Shown: positions 6,049 through 14,708 of the stretch, one piece after another
How the letters are laid out: the number at the start of each line of letters is the position of its first letter
How positions within the stretch are numbered: the stretch's first letter is position 1
Virus record (IMG/VR): IMGVR_UViG_3300024275_000020
Coordinates: 1-34,181 of that record
DNA length: 34,181 nucleotides
DNA from: a virus
Taxonomy: Duplodnaviria > Caudoviricetes
Direction: 5' to 3' (one strand)
Notes under the pieces: generated by a model
Databases searched by the model: none
What the model was told of the DNA's origin: nothing
The model's input: only the letters and a program-made list of their open reading frames with translations
Program-made: the position numbers and the translations under genes

Positions 6049-7196
6049 GCGGGGCTCCCTTCGGTGGCGATGCGGCTGCGACGGTACGAGGCGATCTGCC
6101 TCTCGCCAAGCACGTTGAGATCGGGCACCAGCGGCGCCGTCTCCTCGACGATCTCGATCGCAGCGTTGTCGACCGGCGCCCTCGCGATGAGCTCGCTAAG
6201 AGCGTCCTCGCCGCCCTGCAGGACGTTGAAGTCGGCGTCGACGCTGTTCGGCAAGCGCAGCCCACCGTTGCCGTCGTGCTGCAGGATCGCGATCGACGTC
6301 CATGGAGCAGGGGGCTTCTGAGCTGCGACCTCCTCCGGCGTGGGCCAGCGCCCCGCAGCGAAGTAGTCCGCGAGCCAGAGGGGACCGTTGGCGAGCTCGG
6401 GGTACTTCTCGGCTTCGACGCAGCGGAGGAAGTACGGGAAGGAGTACCGCAGCCAATCGCGACCGGTGAGCTCCTTCGCGCGCGCGAGCGCGGTGAGCGC
6501 CCACTCCGCGATCGACTCGGCGGTCACGCCCCACGAGTACCACGGGTGCACGAGCACCTTCGTGTCGCCGACGACGCGCCACTCTTCGCGCGGGGGCCAC
6601 TCGAGATCGAGGGCCCACATGATGCTGCCGAGGTCTAGCGCCGCGGCGTCGCAGCGCTTGATCCACTGCTCGACCTGCTGCTTCGGATCGATATGGCGAA
6701 GCGGGTACGCGAAGCAGTAGGCACCCACGGCCAACCCCGCGCCACGCGCCGCGGCGATGTTGGCTCCCGCGCGGAGATCGAGCCATGCCTCGTTGCCCAC
6801 GCACGCTCGAACGATCGCGAAGCGAAGCCCCTTGTCGCGCATCGCCTGCCAGTCCTTAGCGGCGATCGGGCCCTGCATCGCGCTCACGTCGACGCCGTAC
6901 AGGAGGGGCGACGGTCCCGTGATGTCTCCTCCGCCGAGCGCGACGAACCACGACTGCGGACCGACGATGCCGTCGGCCGCGAGCCCGTGGATCGATTGCC
7001 ACGCCTCGGAGGCGAGCTCGGTGCCTCCCCCGAAGACACCATCGAGCTTCAGCGGCTTCGGCGACCACACACGCGACTCGCCTCGTGTGTTAATCCACGC
7101 GAGAGGCGCGGGAGCGCGGAAGAGATCGTTGTTCACGATGTTTTGCCACTTGAGTACGGTCGCCCCGATGTTTCCGCGACGAATCGTCGGCATCAT
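6045..7196 (-). CDS. endolysin: N-terminal peptidoglycan-binding domain + GH25 muramidase
   Basis: DGVFG...WQSIHGLAADGIVGPQSW; GVDVSAMQG, GAYCFAYP, LDLEWP, LWLADY, VDADFN. Confidence 0.92.
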   Translation of the reverse strand: MMPTIRRGNIGATVLKWQNIVNNDLFRAPAPLAWINTRGESRVWSPKPLKLDGVFGGGTELASEAWQSIHGLAADGIVGPQSWFVALGGGDITGPSPLLYGVDVSAMQGPIAAKDWQAMRDKGLRFAIVRACVGNEAWLDLRAGANIAAARGAGLAVGAYCFAYPLRHIDPKQQVEQWIKRCDAAALDLGSIMWALDLEWPPREEWRVVGDTKVLVHPWYSWGVTAESIAEWALTALARAKELTGRDWLRYSFPYFLRCVEAEKYPELANGPLWLADYFAAGRWPTPEEVAAQKPPAPWTSIAILQHDGNGGLRLPNSVDADFNVLQGGEDALSELIARAPVDNAAIEIVEETAPLVPDLNVLGERQIASYRRSRIATEGSPA

Positions 7197-7426
7197 CTCG
7201 TAGGGACCTTGGACAAGAGAAACTCGGTCGCACCGACCTCGTTCAGGATGTAGAGCGAGCGCGTCTTTGCGAAGGCACGACAGAGCGCAGGATACGCGTC
7301 GTGATCTGCAGCGGTGACGACGGCAAGCCCTTCGGTGCCGAGCGGCAGTTGGCCGGGCGGGTAGCGGCGTGCGAGCGCCGCGAGGTACGCGAGGTGACCG
7401 CGCGCGAGAAGCTCGTCGATCGTCAC
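7193..7426 (-). CDS. hypothetical protein (77 aa)
   Basis: GTGA/ATGA overlaps at both ends; start trimmed to VTIDELLARG. Confidence 0.65.
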   Translation of the reverse strand: MTIDELLARGHLAYLAALARRYPPGQLPLGTEGLAVVTAADHDAYPALCRAFAKTRSLYILNEVGATEFLLSKVPTR

Positions 7427-8301
7427 AACGTGCCGCCGTCCACCGTGAAGGAGCCGAGCTCGGCGCCGACCGCCTCGCCGGTTGCGATCCAGCGATAGCG
7501 CCACTTGCCCGTTTCGGTGATCGGGAAGCGCGCCTCGAAGCGCCCTTGCTCCGTCCGCGTGATGTCCGCGGGGTAGGCGAGCTCGAAGCGCGGATCCGTC
7601 GGGGGGCGGACGACGAGGGTGAGCGTCGCCGGATCGGTGAGGACGCCGAGGACGGAGAGAGAGACGGTGAGGCGAGCGACGTCGTCTACATCCACGGGAT
7701 CCTCCACTCGGCACAAGATGGTGGTCAGGTCGGAAAGTGCAACGTCGAGGCGCGTTATCGGGGCGGCGTCGAGCCGTATGCTCGTCCACTCCTCGACGTC
7801 GAGTCGGATGCGAGCGGGGAGACAGAGGACGCCGACGGCATCGACGGTCGCCCAGAGGATGTCGCCGGGGTCCGCCACGAGGGCGAGGGAAAGCGTCGGG
7901 GCGACGGCATCCCATGCGAGATCGGCGGGAGAGGCCGCGGCGCGACGGATGGTTGTCGGATCGGCGGCGGTCCACGCGAGGTCGGCAGGCGCCCCCGTCG
8001 AGGCGACTCGCGCCGTTGGCGTCAGCGCGACCCACTGCAGATCGACGCTCGACGCCGGCGTGCTGACCCTGATGCCTGGCGCCAGGGGATTCCACACGAG
8101 ATCGGCGACGCCGCCGACGACCAGCGTCTCGGCGGCGGGTGCAACGGCAGCCCAAGCGAGATCCGCTGACGTCGCCGACGTCGCGATGCTCGCGCCAGGA
8201 GGCGCCGCAGCCCACGTCAGGGCGATGGCGGTGATGTTGGCTACGTAGCTCTGCGTGGTCGAGCCGATCGGCGCCGCGCTGACCGGGACGAAGCCGAGCA
8301 T
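7423..8301 (-). CDS. virion fibre-associated protein with seven 20-aa repeats and a C-terminal Ig-like domain
   Basis: MLGF..S..PI start; Trp at residues 30,50,...,150; C-terminal beta-sandwich-like GKWRYRWIATG. Confidence 0.8.
   Translation of the reverse strand: MLGFVPVSAAPIGSTTQSYVANITAIALTWAAAPPGASIATSATSADLAWAAVAPAAETLVVGGVADLVWNPLAPGIRVSTPASSVDLQWVALTPTARVASTGAPADLAWTAADPTTIRRAAASPADLAWDAVAPTLSLALVADPGDILWATVDAVGVLCLPARIRLDVEEWTSIRLDAAPITRLDVALSDLTTILCRVEDPVDVDDVARLTVSLSVLGVLTDPATLTLVVRPPTDPRFELAYPADITRTEQGRFEARFPITETGKWRYRWIATGEAVGAELGSFTVDGGTL
7822..8241 (-). repeat. degenerate 7 x 60 bp (20 aa) coding repeat, consensus xDLxWxxxxP
   Basis: CCA (Trp codon complement) at 8212, 8152, 8092, 8032, 7972, 7912, 7852. 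Confidence 0.9.
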
Positions 8302-9632
8302 CAGAGGTTGTATCTGGCGGTGTGACCCGGCCCGCCGGTCGTGCCCGAGCCGGTCGTGCCCTGGTTCGCTGTGTCGTCGTTGTACGTCACGACACCAGTG
8401 GCGACATTGATGAGCGCGGTCGCGCCACCACTTCCGCCGTCGCCGCCGGTCCCGTTGACACCTGAGCCTTGCTTGGTTCCACCGTTTCCCCCGGCGCCCC
8501 CGCTGACGTCGAGCGCGTTGGTGTGTGCGGTTCCCTCGAGGCTCGATGTTACTAGGTAGATCATCCCGCCCCCCCCACCCGCGGCGCCCCCGCCGCCACC
8601 GCGGTTCCCACCGGCGGGACTGGCCCCGTTGCCCCCTTTGCCTCCGATGGCGGAGATCACACCAACGTTCGAGTTGCCTGACGAGCGGGTGATGCGCTTG
8701 GCGTAAACCACCACGCGGCCTGCGCCCTGAGCCCCGCCGCCGCCGCCCCCTCCGGCGGTCCCGTCGCCGCCGCCGCCGCCCCCTCCGGTGCTATTGAGTC
8801 CTCCCATCATCGAGACGTTCCCGCCGGTCCCGCCGGTGATGAACGTCAGCTGAGGTACACGGATGGTCGTGGCATTGCCCCTACCGATCGCCGCCGCCGA
8901 TCCGCCCGCGCCGCTTGAGCCCAATCCGCCCGCGCCGCTAGCTGTCCCAGCAAAACCCCCGTCATGGGTACCGGTGTTGACCGAGGAGCTGTTCGACCCC
9001 GTCGTAGTGCCCCCCGCGCCCCCGGTGGTCGATGCTGTGGACCCCTGAGCTGTGCGGAGCGCAAGCTGGGTGGCGGCCGTCCCCGCCGTAGGGTTGCCGC
9101 CGTCGCCTCCGCCGGCACCTGGCGCGACCAAAGCACCGGCCGCCGCACTGGACAGGTCGAGCAGGTTGCGAACAAAGATTCGGTAGCCACCAGTGTTGAG
9201 CGCCGCTCCTGCCGTAAGCGTCAGGCTGTCGTAGTACATGTCGCGCGCCAGCGTGGACGCCCCGCTGATCGTCACGACGCCGTCCGAGCCGTCGCCGAAC
9301 AGCGTCAGGTACGACGCGTTCGCGACGACTTGGAGGACTGATGCGGGGAGATCGATCCACACGGTCTTCGTGCCGGAAGAGAAGCTCACGAGCGACCCTG
9401 AGTTGCTCGACGCAAGCACCGTATCGCGCGAGAGCGTCGTCCCCGAAGCCGTGAAGGTCCCGAGACCGACCTCCCATTCAGCGCCGCCCGCGATGACGTA
9501 GTAAGCGGTCGCGCCCGTCGCCAGCGCGGCGGTGAACGTCTGGTACCCGGACACGGCGCCGCCGAGCGTCACCGTTCCGGTCCCGGTCGTCGTCGTAGTC
9601 TCCTGGACGCGGTCGGCGAACCTGACGGCCAT
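8301..9632 (-). CDS. glycine-rich fibre tip/adhesin-like protein
   Basis: MAVRFADRVQETTTTTGTG N-terminal domain; FGDGSDG motif; many poly-Gly tracts; TGATG overlap gives start 9632. Confidence 0.8.
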   Translation of the reverse strand: MAVRFADRVQETTTTTGTGTVTLGGAVSGYQTFTAALATGATAYYVIAGGAEWEVGLGTFTASGTTLSRDTVLASSNSGSLVSFSSGTKTVWIDLPASVLQVVANASYLTLFGDGSDGVVTISGASTLARDMYYDSLTLTAGAALNTGGYRIFVRNLLDLSSAAAGALVAPGAGGGDGGNPTAGTAATQLALRTAQGSTASTTGGAGGTTTGSNSSSVNTGTHDGGFAGTASGAGGLGSSGAGGSAAAIGRGNATTIRVPQLTFITGGTGGNVSMMGGLNSTGGGGGGGDGTAGGGGGGGAQGAGRVVVYAKRITRSSGNSNVGVISAIGGKGGNGASPAGGNRGGGGGAAGGGGGMIYLVTSSLEGTAHTNALDVSGGAGGNGGTKQGSGVNGTGGDGGSGGATALINVATGVVTYNDDTANQGTTGSGTTGGPGHTARYNL

Positions 9633-10069
9633 CAGGACCCCGTGAACACGATCCCGCTCGTCGCGCCGCCGTTGAACTTCACCATGAAGTCGCCGACGAT
9701 CGCGAGCCCACTCCCGAGGTCGAGCGCGGCGACGAGCTGGTGGTCCGCGTCGGTCGACACCACGCGGTACACGACGCAGTACCGCGGCTGCGCCGGCCCG
9801 GCGAGCGCCGTGAACTGCGGGTTTGCCGCGGCGTGCTCGTACTTGTCCGTCGTCGTGTTCTTCGTCTTCGTGCGCGTCCCGACGTTCTGCCTCGCGTAGC
9901 TCCCCCCGGTGATCTCGTTCGATCCGGGAGTAAGGTCGGCCACGAAGTTGTGGTCTGGGTCCGGCGTGTAGCTGCCGGTGACGAGCAGGCACTTGTACGC
10001 CGCGTCCGCGCCGGCGGACCAGTCGTTACCGTCCTTGCCCTTGAACGTGTTGTAGAAAACGTTCGACAT
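9632..10069 (-). CDS. small virion structural protein (putative fibre subunit)
   Basis: YKCLLVTGSYTPD..H...NEITGGSYARQ...YCVVY...LVAALD pattern of ~140-aa phage structural proteins. Confidence 0.75.
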   Translation of the reverse strand: MSNVFYNTFKGKDGNDWSAGADAAYKCLLVTGSYTPDPDHNFVADLTPGSNEITGGSYARQNVGTRTKTKNTTTDKYEHAAANPQFTALAGPAQPRYCVVYRVVSTDADHQLVAALDLGSGLAIVGDFMVKFNGGATSGIVFTGS

Positions 10070-10082
10070 CTCATCATCCCTT

Positions 10083-10376
10083 TCAGGGCTTCACGCCCGC
10101 ATCTGGCATCCACGCATTGCTCGAGCACGAGGCCTTGCGCGCGGCCGTCGCCGCCTGCATCGATTGCCCACGCACGCTCGCAAGGAGCTGCTGCATCGCA
10201 TCGAGCAGTGGCCCTGCAATTCCGCAGATCGACGCGACCTCCGAATCCGGCAACGCCTGACGGTCGACGATGCAGAGCGCTTTGGTGAGTCCGAGGACGA
10301 CACTGACATCCTGTCGCTCCGCGGGGGTGCACGATGCGAGGAAGAGCATCGTCGAGAGGAGAATGAAGCGCGTCAT
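10083..10376 (-). CDS. lipoprotein, o-spanin candidate
   Basis: MTRFILLSTMLFLAS-C lipobox; ATGA overlap. Confidence 0.7.
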   Translation of the reverse strand: MTRFILLSTMLFLASCTPAERQDVSVVLGLTKALCIVDRQALPDSEVASICGIAGPLLDAMQQLLASVRGQSMQAATAARKASCSSNAWMPDAGVKP

Positions 10377-10750
10377 GGGTGCTCCTGACCAGTGAGAGGG
10401 AACGTCGCGGAGACATCTCGGATGTCCGAGCCGTACGTGACCGTCGCTTGCGCGATGCCGAAGCCTGCGAGACGAAGCGCGTGGACGAGGACGGACGCGA
10501 GGCGCTCTGCAGTCGGCGGGAGGGGGCCAGGACCGCGAATGAGGATCGTCCACTCGCCCTCCGTCGACTTCGGTGGCGTCGAGCGGGCGCGATCGATGCG
10601 TTCTTCGAGGGCCACGAGCGCCGGGAGCGTCGTGTCGTTGATGCTCTCGGCCTTCGCGCGGAAGGCCTGCACCGCGGGGTGCTGCCCCGAGGGCTTGGAG
10701 GGCCGACGGAGACTCTTCGGCGGGGACATCGGCGGGGGCTTCTCGCTCAC
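10373..10750 (-). CDS. hypothetical protein with Pro/Ser/Lys-rich N-terminus
   Basis: Coupled at both ends. Confidence 0.65.
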   Translation of the reverse strand: MSEKPPPMSPPKSLRRPSKPSGQHPAVQAFRAKAESINDTTLPALVALEERIDRARSTPPKSTEGEWTILIRGPGPLPPTAERLASVLVHALRLAGFGIAQATVTYGSDIRDVSATFPLTGQEHP

Positions 10751-11115
10751 GACTTCCGCCCTCCGGAGAATGGCCCGCGCTCGGCGAGATCGGCGCGACG
10801 CTGAAGCGTCTCAGCGACGGTCGTGACCTTCGTTACGGCGTCGATGAGCTCGCGTTGGAGGTCGCGCGTCTCGGCGATGTCGGCGAGCTTGCCGACCGAC
10901 GAGGTGACGACCTCTTGCATTCCTCGAAGAGTTTCGAAGCCCAGTTTCGCGTCTTCGACGCGTTCCCGACTCTCCGCGGTGATCTGCGTCGTCAACTCGC
11001 GACGCTCGGCGTCCCACGCACGACGCTCCGAGATGTAGAGCCACCCGCCCACGAAGAGCAGCACGGTTGGGAGCCCGTACTGCGCCAGGATCGTGATGAC
11101 CTCCGAAGCACTCAC
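10747..11115 (-). CDS. single-TM coiled-coil protein (holin or i-spanin candidate)
   Basis: ILAQYGLPTVLLFVGGWLYI then coiled coil; GTGA overlaps. Confidence 0.7.
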   Translation of the reverse strand: MSASEVITILAQYGLPTVLLFVGGWLYISERRAWDAERRELTTQITAESRERVEDAKLGFETLRGMQEVVTSSVGKLADIAETRDLQRELIDAVTKVTTVAETLQRRADLAERGPFSGGRKS

Positions 11116-11555
11116 GCGTCGCCGTCCTTCCGCGGGGGCGGCGTGGCGTTGTGGACGGCCGGAGGGGGATCGGTGTCCCGCGTGTGGATCGTCGGCAGAG
11201 GACGCGTCACGGGGGCACCTGGCGAAGGGGACGCGCCAGGGATGGTGAGGCCGGGGACAGAGAATTCGCGCCCGCTGCGGAGCGAGGCGATGACGGTCTC
11301 GTGCCCGAGCATGGCAAGCAGCGAACCGACGAGGCCGTCGACGAGGGCGGCCGTCCACGTCGTGCCGGAAGCCACCCGCTCGAGCACCCCGCTCGCGATG
11401 CCGAGCCCGAGGACGAGCCACACGCGAGCGCGTGCGGGCACCGTCGGGAGGATCGTGTCAGCCTTCGCGAGGCGCGTCAGCAGGCCGACGACGACGGCGG
11501 TCGCGGCGATCCACTTGTGCTGGGAGATGAGGGTGCCGAGGTCGGCCGGGTTCAT
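11112..11555 (-). CDS. multi-TM membrane protein, holin candidate
   Basis: Three hydrophobic segments and a Pro-rich charged tail; ATGA overlap. Confidence 0.7.
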   Translation of the reverse strand: MNPADLGTLISQHKWIAATAVVVGLLTRLAKADTILPTVPARARVWLVLGLGIASGVLERVASGTTWTAALVDGLVGSLLAMLGHETVIASLRSGREFSVPGLTIPGASPSPGAPVTRPLPTIHTRDTDPPPAVHNATPPPRKDGDA

Positions 11556-12172
11556 GGCGTCACCGAGTTGACGTACATGTTGATCCACTGCCCGAGGTAT
11601 GGCTGCGAAGGACTGGTTACTCCGCCCACCGAGATTGAATGGGACAGTTCCCTCGTCTCTCCGACATGGGGCGGAGTGACTTCGGCAACTGCGTTCGCGG
11701 TCAAGGTTACGGTCGCGCCACCATTGATCGTGATGGTTTTTACGTAATCGATCGCTACAGGGCCGACGTGAGAACTGTCTGGACTGCGGTTCAGATAGTA
11801 CGTCTGTGGCGGATCGGACACCGCGAGTGAATAGATGTTCGGCCCTATCAGCGCCGCTGGTGTTCCTCCGTCGGTGCGAGGCGTCCCGCCGATCTGCCAA
11901 TTACCGCCATCATTTGTGCCGCCGGCATAGGCCTTTTCCTCGACGACCCCTACGAAGTGCAACTCGACCGCGTAGGGTACTCCAGGAATACCGCCAACCA
12001 CGGCCGAAGCTTCGGCGTTTCCAGGACAAAACCAGATCCCTGGTTCCGAATCCCCCGTCTTCGGCAGGCGCCAGTTTAGGGGCGACAACGCGCCGCCCGT
12101 GCCTCCCAGCGTCGTTCCGAGATCGACGGCTCCGCCCATCAGCGGGGCCCCCATGAGATACGGGGGCGCCAT
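11552..12172 (-). CDS. putative receptor-binding/fibre-associated beta-sandwich protein
   Basis: TGATG overlap with the fibre gene; more A/T at third positions than flanks. Confidence 0.65.
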   Translation of the reverse strand: MAPPYLMGAPLMGGAVDLGTTLGGTGGALSPLNWRLPKTGDSEPGIWFCPGNAEASAVVGGIPGVPYAVELHFVGVVEEKAYAGGTNDGGNWQIGGTPRTDGGTPAALIGPNIYSLAVSDPPQTYYLNRSPDSSHVGPVAIDYVKTITINGGATVTLTANAVAEVTPPHVGETRELSHSISVGGVTSPSQPYLGQWINMYVNSVTP

Positions 12173-13980
12173 CAGAAGCTCGGATCCATCATGTAGAGGT
12201 CGGTCGACGTTGTCGTGTCCGGGTTCGCGTCTCCGGCATGAAACAGGTTCCAGTTCAGGACCGCGTATCCTCGGTTCGCGTCGATCCACTGCGCCGGGAG
12301 GATCCCCACGCTTGTGCATTTAGTGAGGTTCGCGCTGTCGTTCTGCCAGCAACTCACGCGATAGATCGCGCCTTGCGTGAGCGCCTGCGACCACGACACC
12401 GTGTAGATCCCCGTCGAGGTGATCGTTGCGTTCGCGGTTTGGAGCCTCGTGTTGCTCGCGTCCCAGAGGGAGCACTTGACCGTCTTCGACCCGACGCCCC
12501 AGTAGAATCGCATCCCGGTGCAGGTCATCCCGGAGTTGATCGGGCAGAATTTCACCCCGATGGTGAAGTTTGAGGACGACGGACTGGACAACGTAACGCC
12601 AGCCCACCCGGAGATGTCGGCCAGGAGAGGCTTGTTGGAGGCTGCCGGGCCGATAATGCCGCCCGGGGAGACCCCCGCCCCGCTCGACACGGTCGACGTT
12701 GGTGAGGCGTTCCCCGAGTATCCGAGGTTTGTCAGGACCGCATGCGTCGCGTCGGTGATCGACGACACCGTGTAGTACCCGCCGCCGGCAACGAAGATGT
12801 ATTGCCCGGCGACGAGCCAGGCGGTGGTGCCCATTGTGACGCTAACCGTCGATGAGACGGACGGCTGGGTGAAGTTCGCGCTCGTCGTCGTATACGCATT
12901 CCCGCCTGCAGCACCGGCAGAGCCAGTCGCACCAGTCGCACCAGTCGCACCGGCAGCTCCCGTAGAGCCGGTCGCGCCAGTATCGCCTTTGACCCCGCTT
13001 GGCGACACGGTGGCTCCGGACGCGATCGTGGCGGCAGGCGACGCATTGCCGGTGTATCCCAGATTCGTCAGGACGACGTGGGTCGCATCGGTGATCGAGG
13101 CGATCGAGTAGTACCCGCCCGTGCCAACGTAGACGACTTCTCCGGCCGACATCCATGCGGTTGCCCCGACCGTGACGCTCACGGTGCCAGACACGGACGG
13201 TTGAGTGAAGTTCGCACTCGTCGTCGTGAACGATGCCCCTCCCGACGCCCCTGATGCCCCAGTGGCGCCCGTCGCACCGGTGGCTCCCGTCGCCCCTGCG
13301 GCCCCGGTGTCTCCTTTCACGCCGCTCGGAGAGACCTTGGAGCCGGAGACGATGGTCGCTGATGACGAGGCGTTACCGCTGTAGCCCAGGTTCGTGAGCA
13401 CAACATGCGTTGCGTCGGTGATCGAGCTGACCGTGTAGTAGCCACCAGTCCCGACGTATACGACCTCTCCGACAACCATCCACCCGGTCGCGGCGACCGT
13501 GACGCTCACCGTCGCGGACGATGCCGGTTGAGTGAAGTTCGCACTCGTCGTCGTGAATGCCGAGGGTCCGGTGGCCCCGGTCGGACCGGTGCCGCCGAGT
13601 GGCCCTGTGGACGAGAGGTACCAGCGCTGCTCGTCACCGACGTAGACGAGCCACGCCGCGGAGCCTTGGGGGATCTCGATGTCCCCGCCACCTGTGATGA
13701 TGCGATTGCGCGGGGCCGAGAGGCCGCTGTTCTCGACGAGGACGAGCTGGCCTCCGCTGGCGATGAGGTGCACGCGACGCCCGGGAACCGAGTTGCCGTC
13801 GAGGACGCCAGTCACATTGGGGGCTGCCCCCGTAAAACGGATCGAACTCGCAGGGAATTTCCCGGCGCGAGACGGGACGTCGTTGAGCATCCCAGTGAAC
13901 GTGTTGGTCAGGGCCTCGGTTGGCTCCGGGGAGAACATCAACTCAAGGACCGAATTGAGAGAGTCGTCCGCGGTGGTCAC
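12172..13980 (-). CDS. tail fibre: three ~85-aa repeats joined by collagen-like GXY linkers, C-terminal DUF4082-like domain
   Basis: TTTSANFTQP...ITDATH.VLTNLGY.GNA x3; GATGATGATG runs; IGVKF...GMRFYW...YMMDPSF. Confidence 0.85.
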   Translation of the reverse strand: MTTADDSLNSVLELMFSPEPTEALTNTFTGMLNDVPSRAGKFPASSIRFTGAAPNVTGVLDGNSVPGRRVHLIASGGQLVLVENSGLSAPRNRIITGGGDIEIPQGSAAWLVYVGDEQRWYLSSTGPLGGTGPTGATGPSAFTTTSANFTQPASSATVSVTVAATGWMVVGEVVYVGTGGYYTVSSITDATHVVLTNLGYSGNASSSATIVSGSKVSPSGVKGDTGAAGATGATGATGATGASGASGGASFTTTSANFTQPSVSGTVSVTVGATAWMSAGEVVYVGTGGYYSIASITDATHVVLTNLGYTGNASPAATIASGATVSPSGVKGDTGATGSTGAAGATGATGATGSAGAAGGNAYTTTSANFTQPSVSSTVSVTMGTTAWLVAGQYIFVAGGGYYTVSSITDATHAVLTNLGYSGNASPTSTVSSGAGVSPGGIIGPAASNKPLLADISGWAGVTLSSPSSSNFTIGVKFCPINSGMTCTGMRFYWGVGSKTVKCSLWDASNTRLQTANATITSTGIYTVSWSQALTQGAIYRVSCWQNDSANLTKCTSVGILPAQWIDANRGYAVLNWNLFHAGDANPDTTTSTDLYMMDPSF

Positions 13981-14708
13981 GATGGCCTCTTCAGAACCTG
14001 GACGTGGAAGCTCGTGAACCAGGCGATGTTTGTGGCGGAGATGCCGACCGCGTTGAGCTTGACCGTATCGTTATCGAAGACGTCGACGCTCGTTCCTCCC
14101 GGTGCAGTGCCGACCGCGAGCCCTCCCGGGGTCAGATCCACCGTTCCCACCCGAGTCAGAGTCCCGCTCGAGCGTCCAAACGTCGCCAGTCGAATGTACT
14201 TTCCAAGCTTCGTCCCGCTGGCATTGAATACGTATGTCGTCTCCGCGTGAACGCTGATGGCGCAATCGCCATACGTTGCCGCGGGTACCGAAATGGTGCC
14301 GATCGCTGTGGCAGTGGCGTTGGCGGTAAGCCCCTCAGCCCATTGTGGGCGGGCTAGCGCGTTGCCGGCGCCGGCGAGGTCCTTGAAATCGGCCCACGTC
14401 TCGTTGTGGAGAGGCTTCCCGGAGTGAATGAGCTCGCTGCCATCGGTCGCCCCGTTGACGACGAGCTTGGCGGTCCCTGCCAGTCGGTGAAGGCCATCCA
14501 CGACCACGTGCCACATCAGCTGTCCAGGCGAGCCGCCAGGACCGAGACCGTTGAGCGGCACGTCAGTGCGCTCATTGACCGGATCATCCGACGGGAAGTC
14601 CCCGTCGGTGATGAAGTTCAGGACGTCTCGGATGGGCAATTCAACCCCATTGACGAGGATCAACGGTGTCCGAAAGTACGTCTCCCAAAATGTCTTGAGC
14701 GCGCTCAT
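13977..14708 (-). CDS. tail fibre/structural protein
   Basis: ATGA overlap start MSALKTFW; beta-rich C-terminus; position in fibre cluster. Confidence 0.7.
   Translation of the reverse strand: MSALKTFWETYFRTPLILVNGVELPIRDVLNFITDGDFPSDDPVNERTDVPLNGLGPGGSPGQLMWHVVVDGLHRLAGTAKLVVNGATDGSELIHSGKPLHNETWADFKDLAGAGNALARPQWAEGLTANATATAIGTISVPAATYGDCAISVHAETTYVFNASGTKLGKYIRLATFGRSSGTLTRVGTVDLTPGGLAVGTAPGGTSVDVFDNDTVKLNAVGISATNIAWFTSFHVQVLKRPS

Noticed and set aside
12172-13980. Diversity-generating retroelement TR/VR pair
   Set aside because: Repeats are in-frame domain duplications, differences are not adenine-specific, and there is no reverse transcriptase in the window
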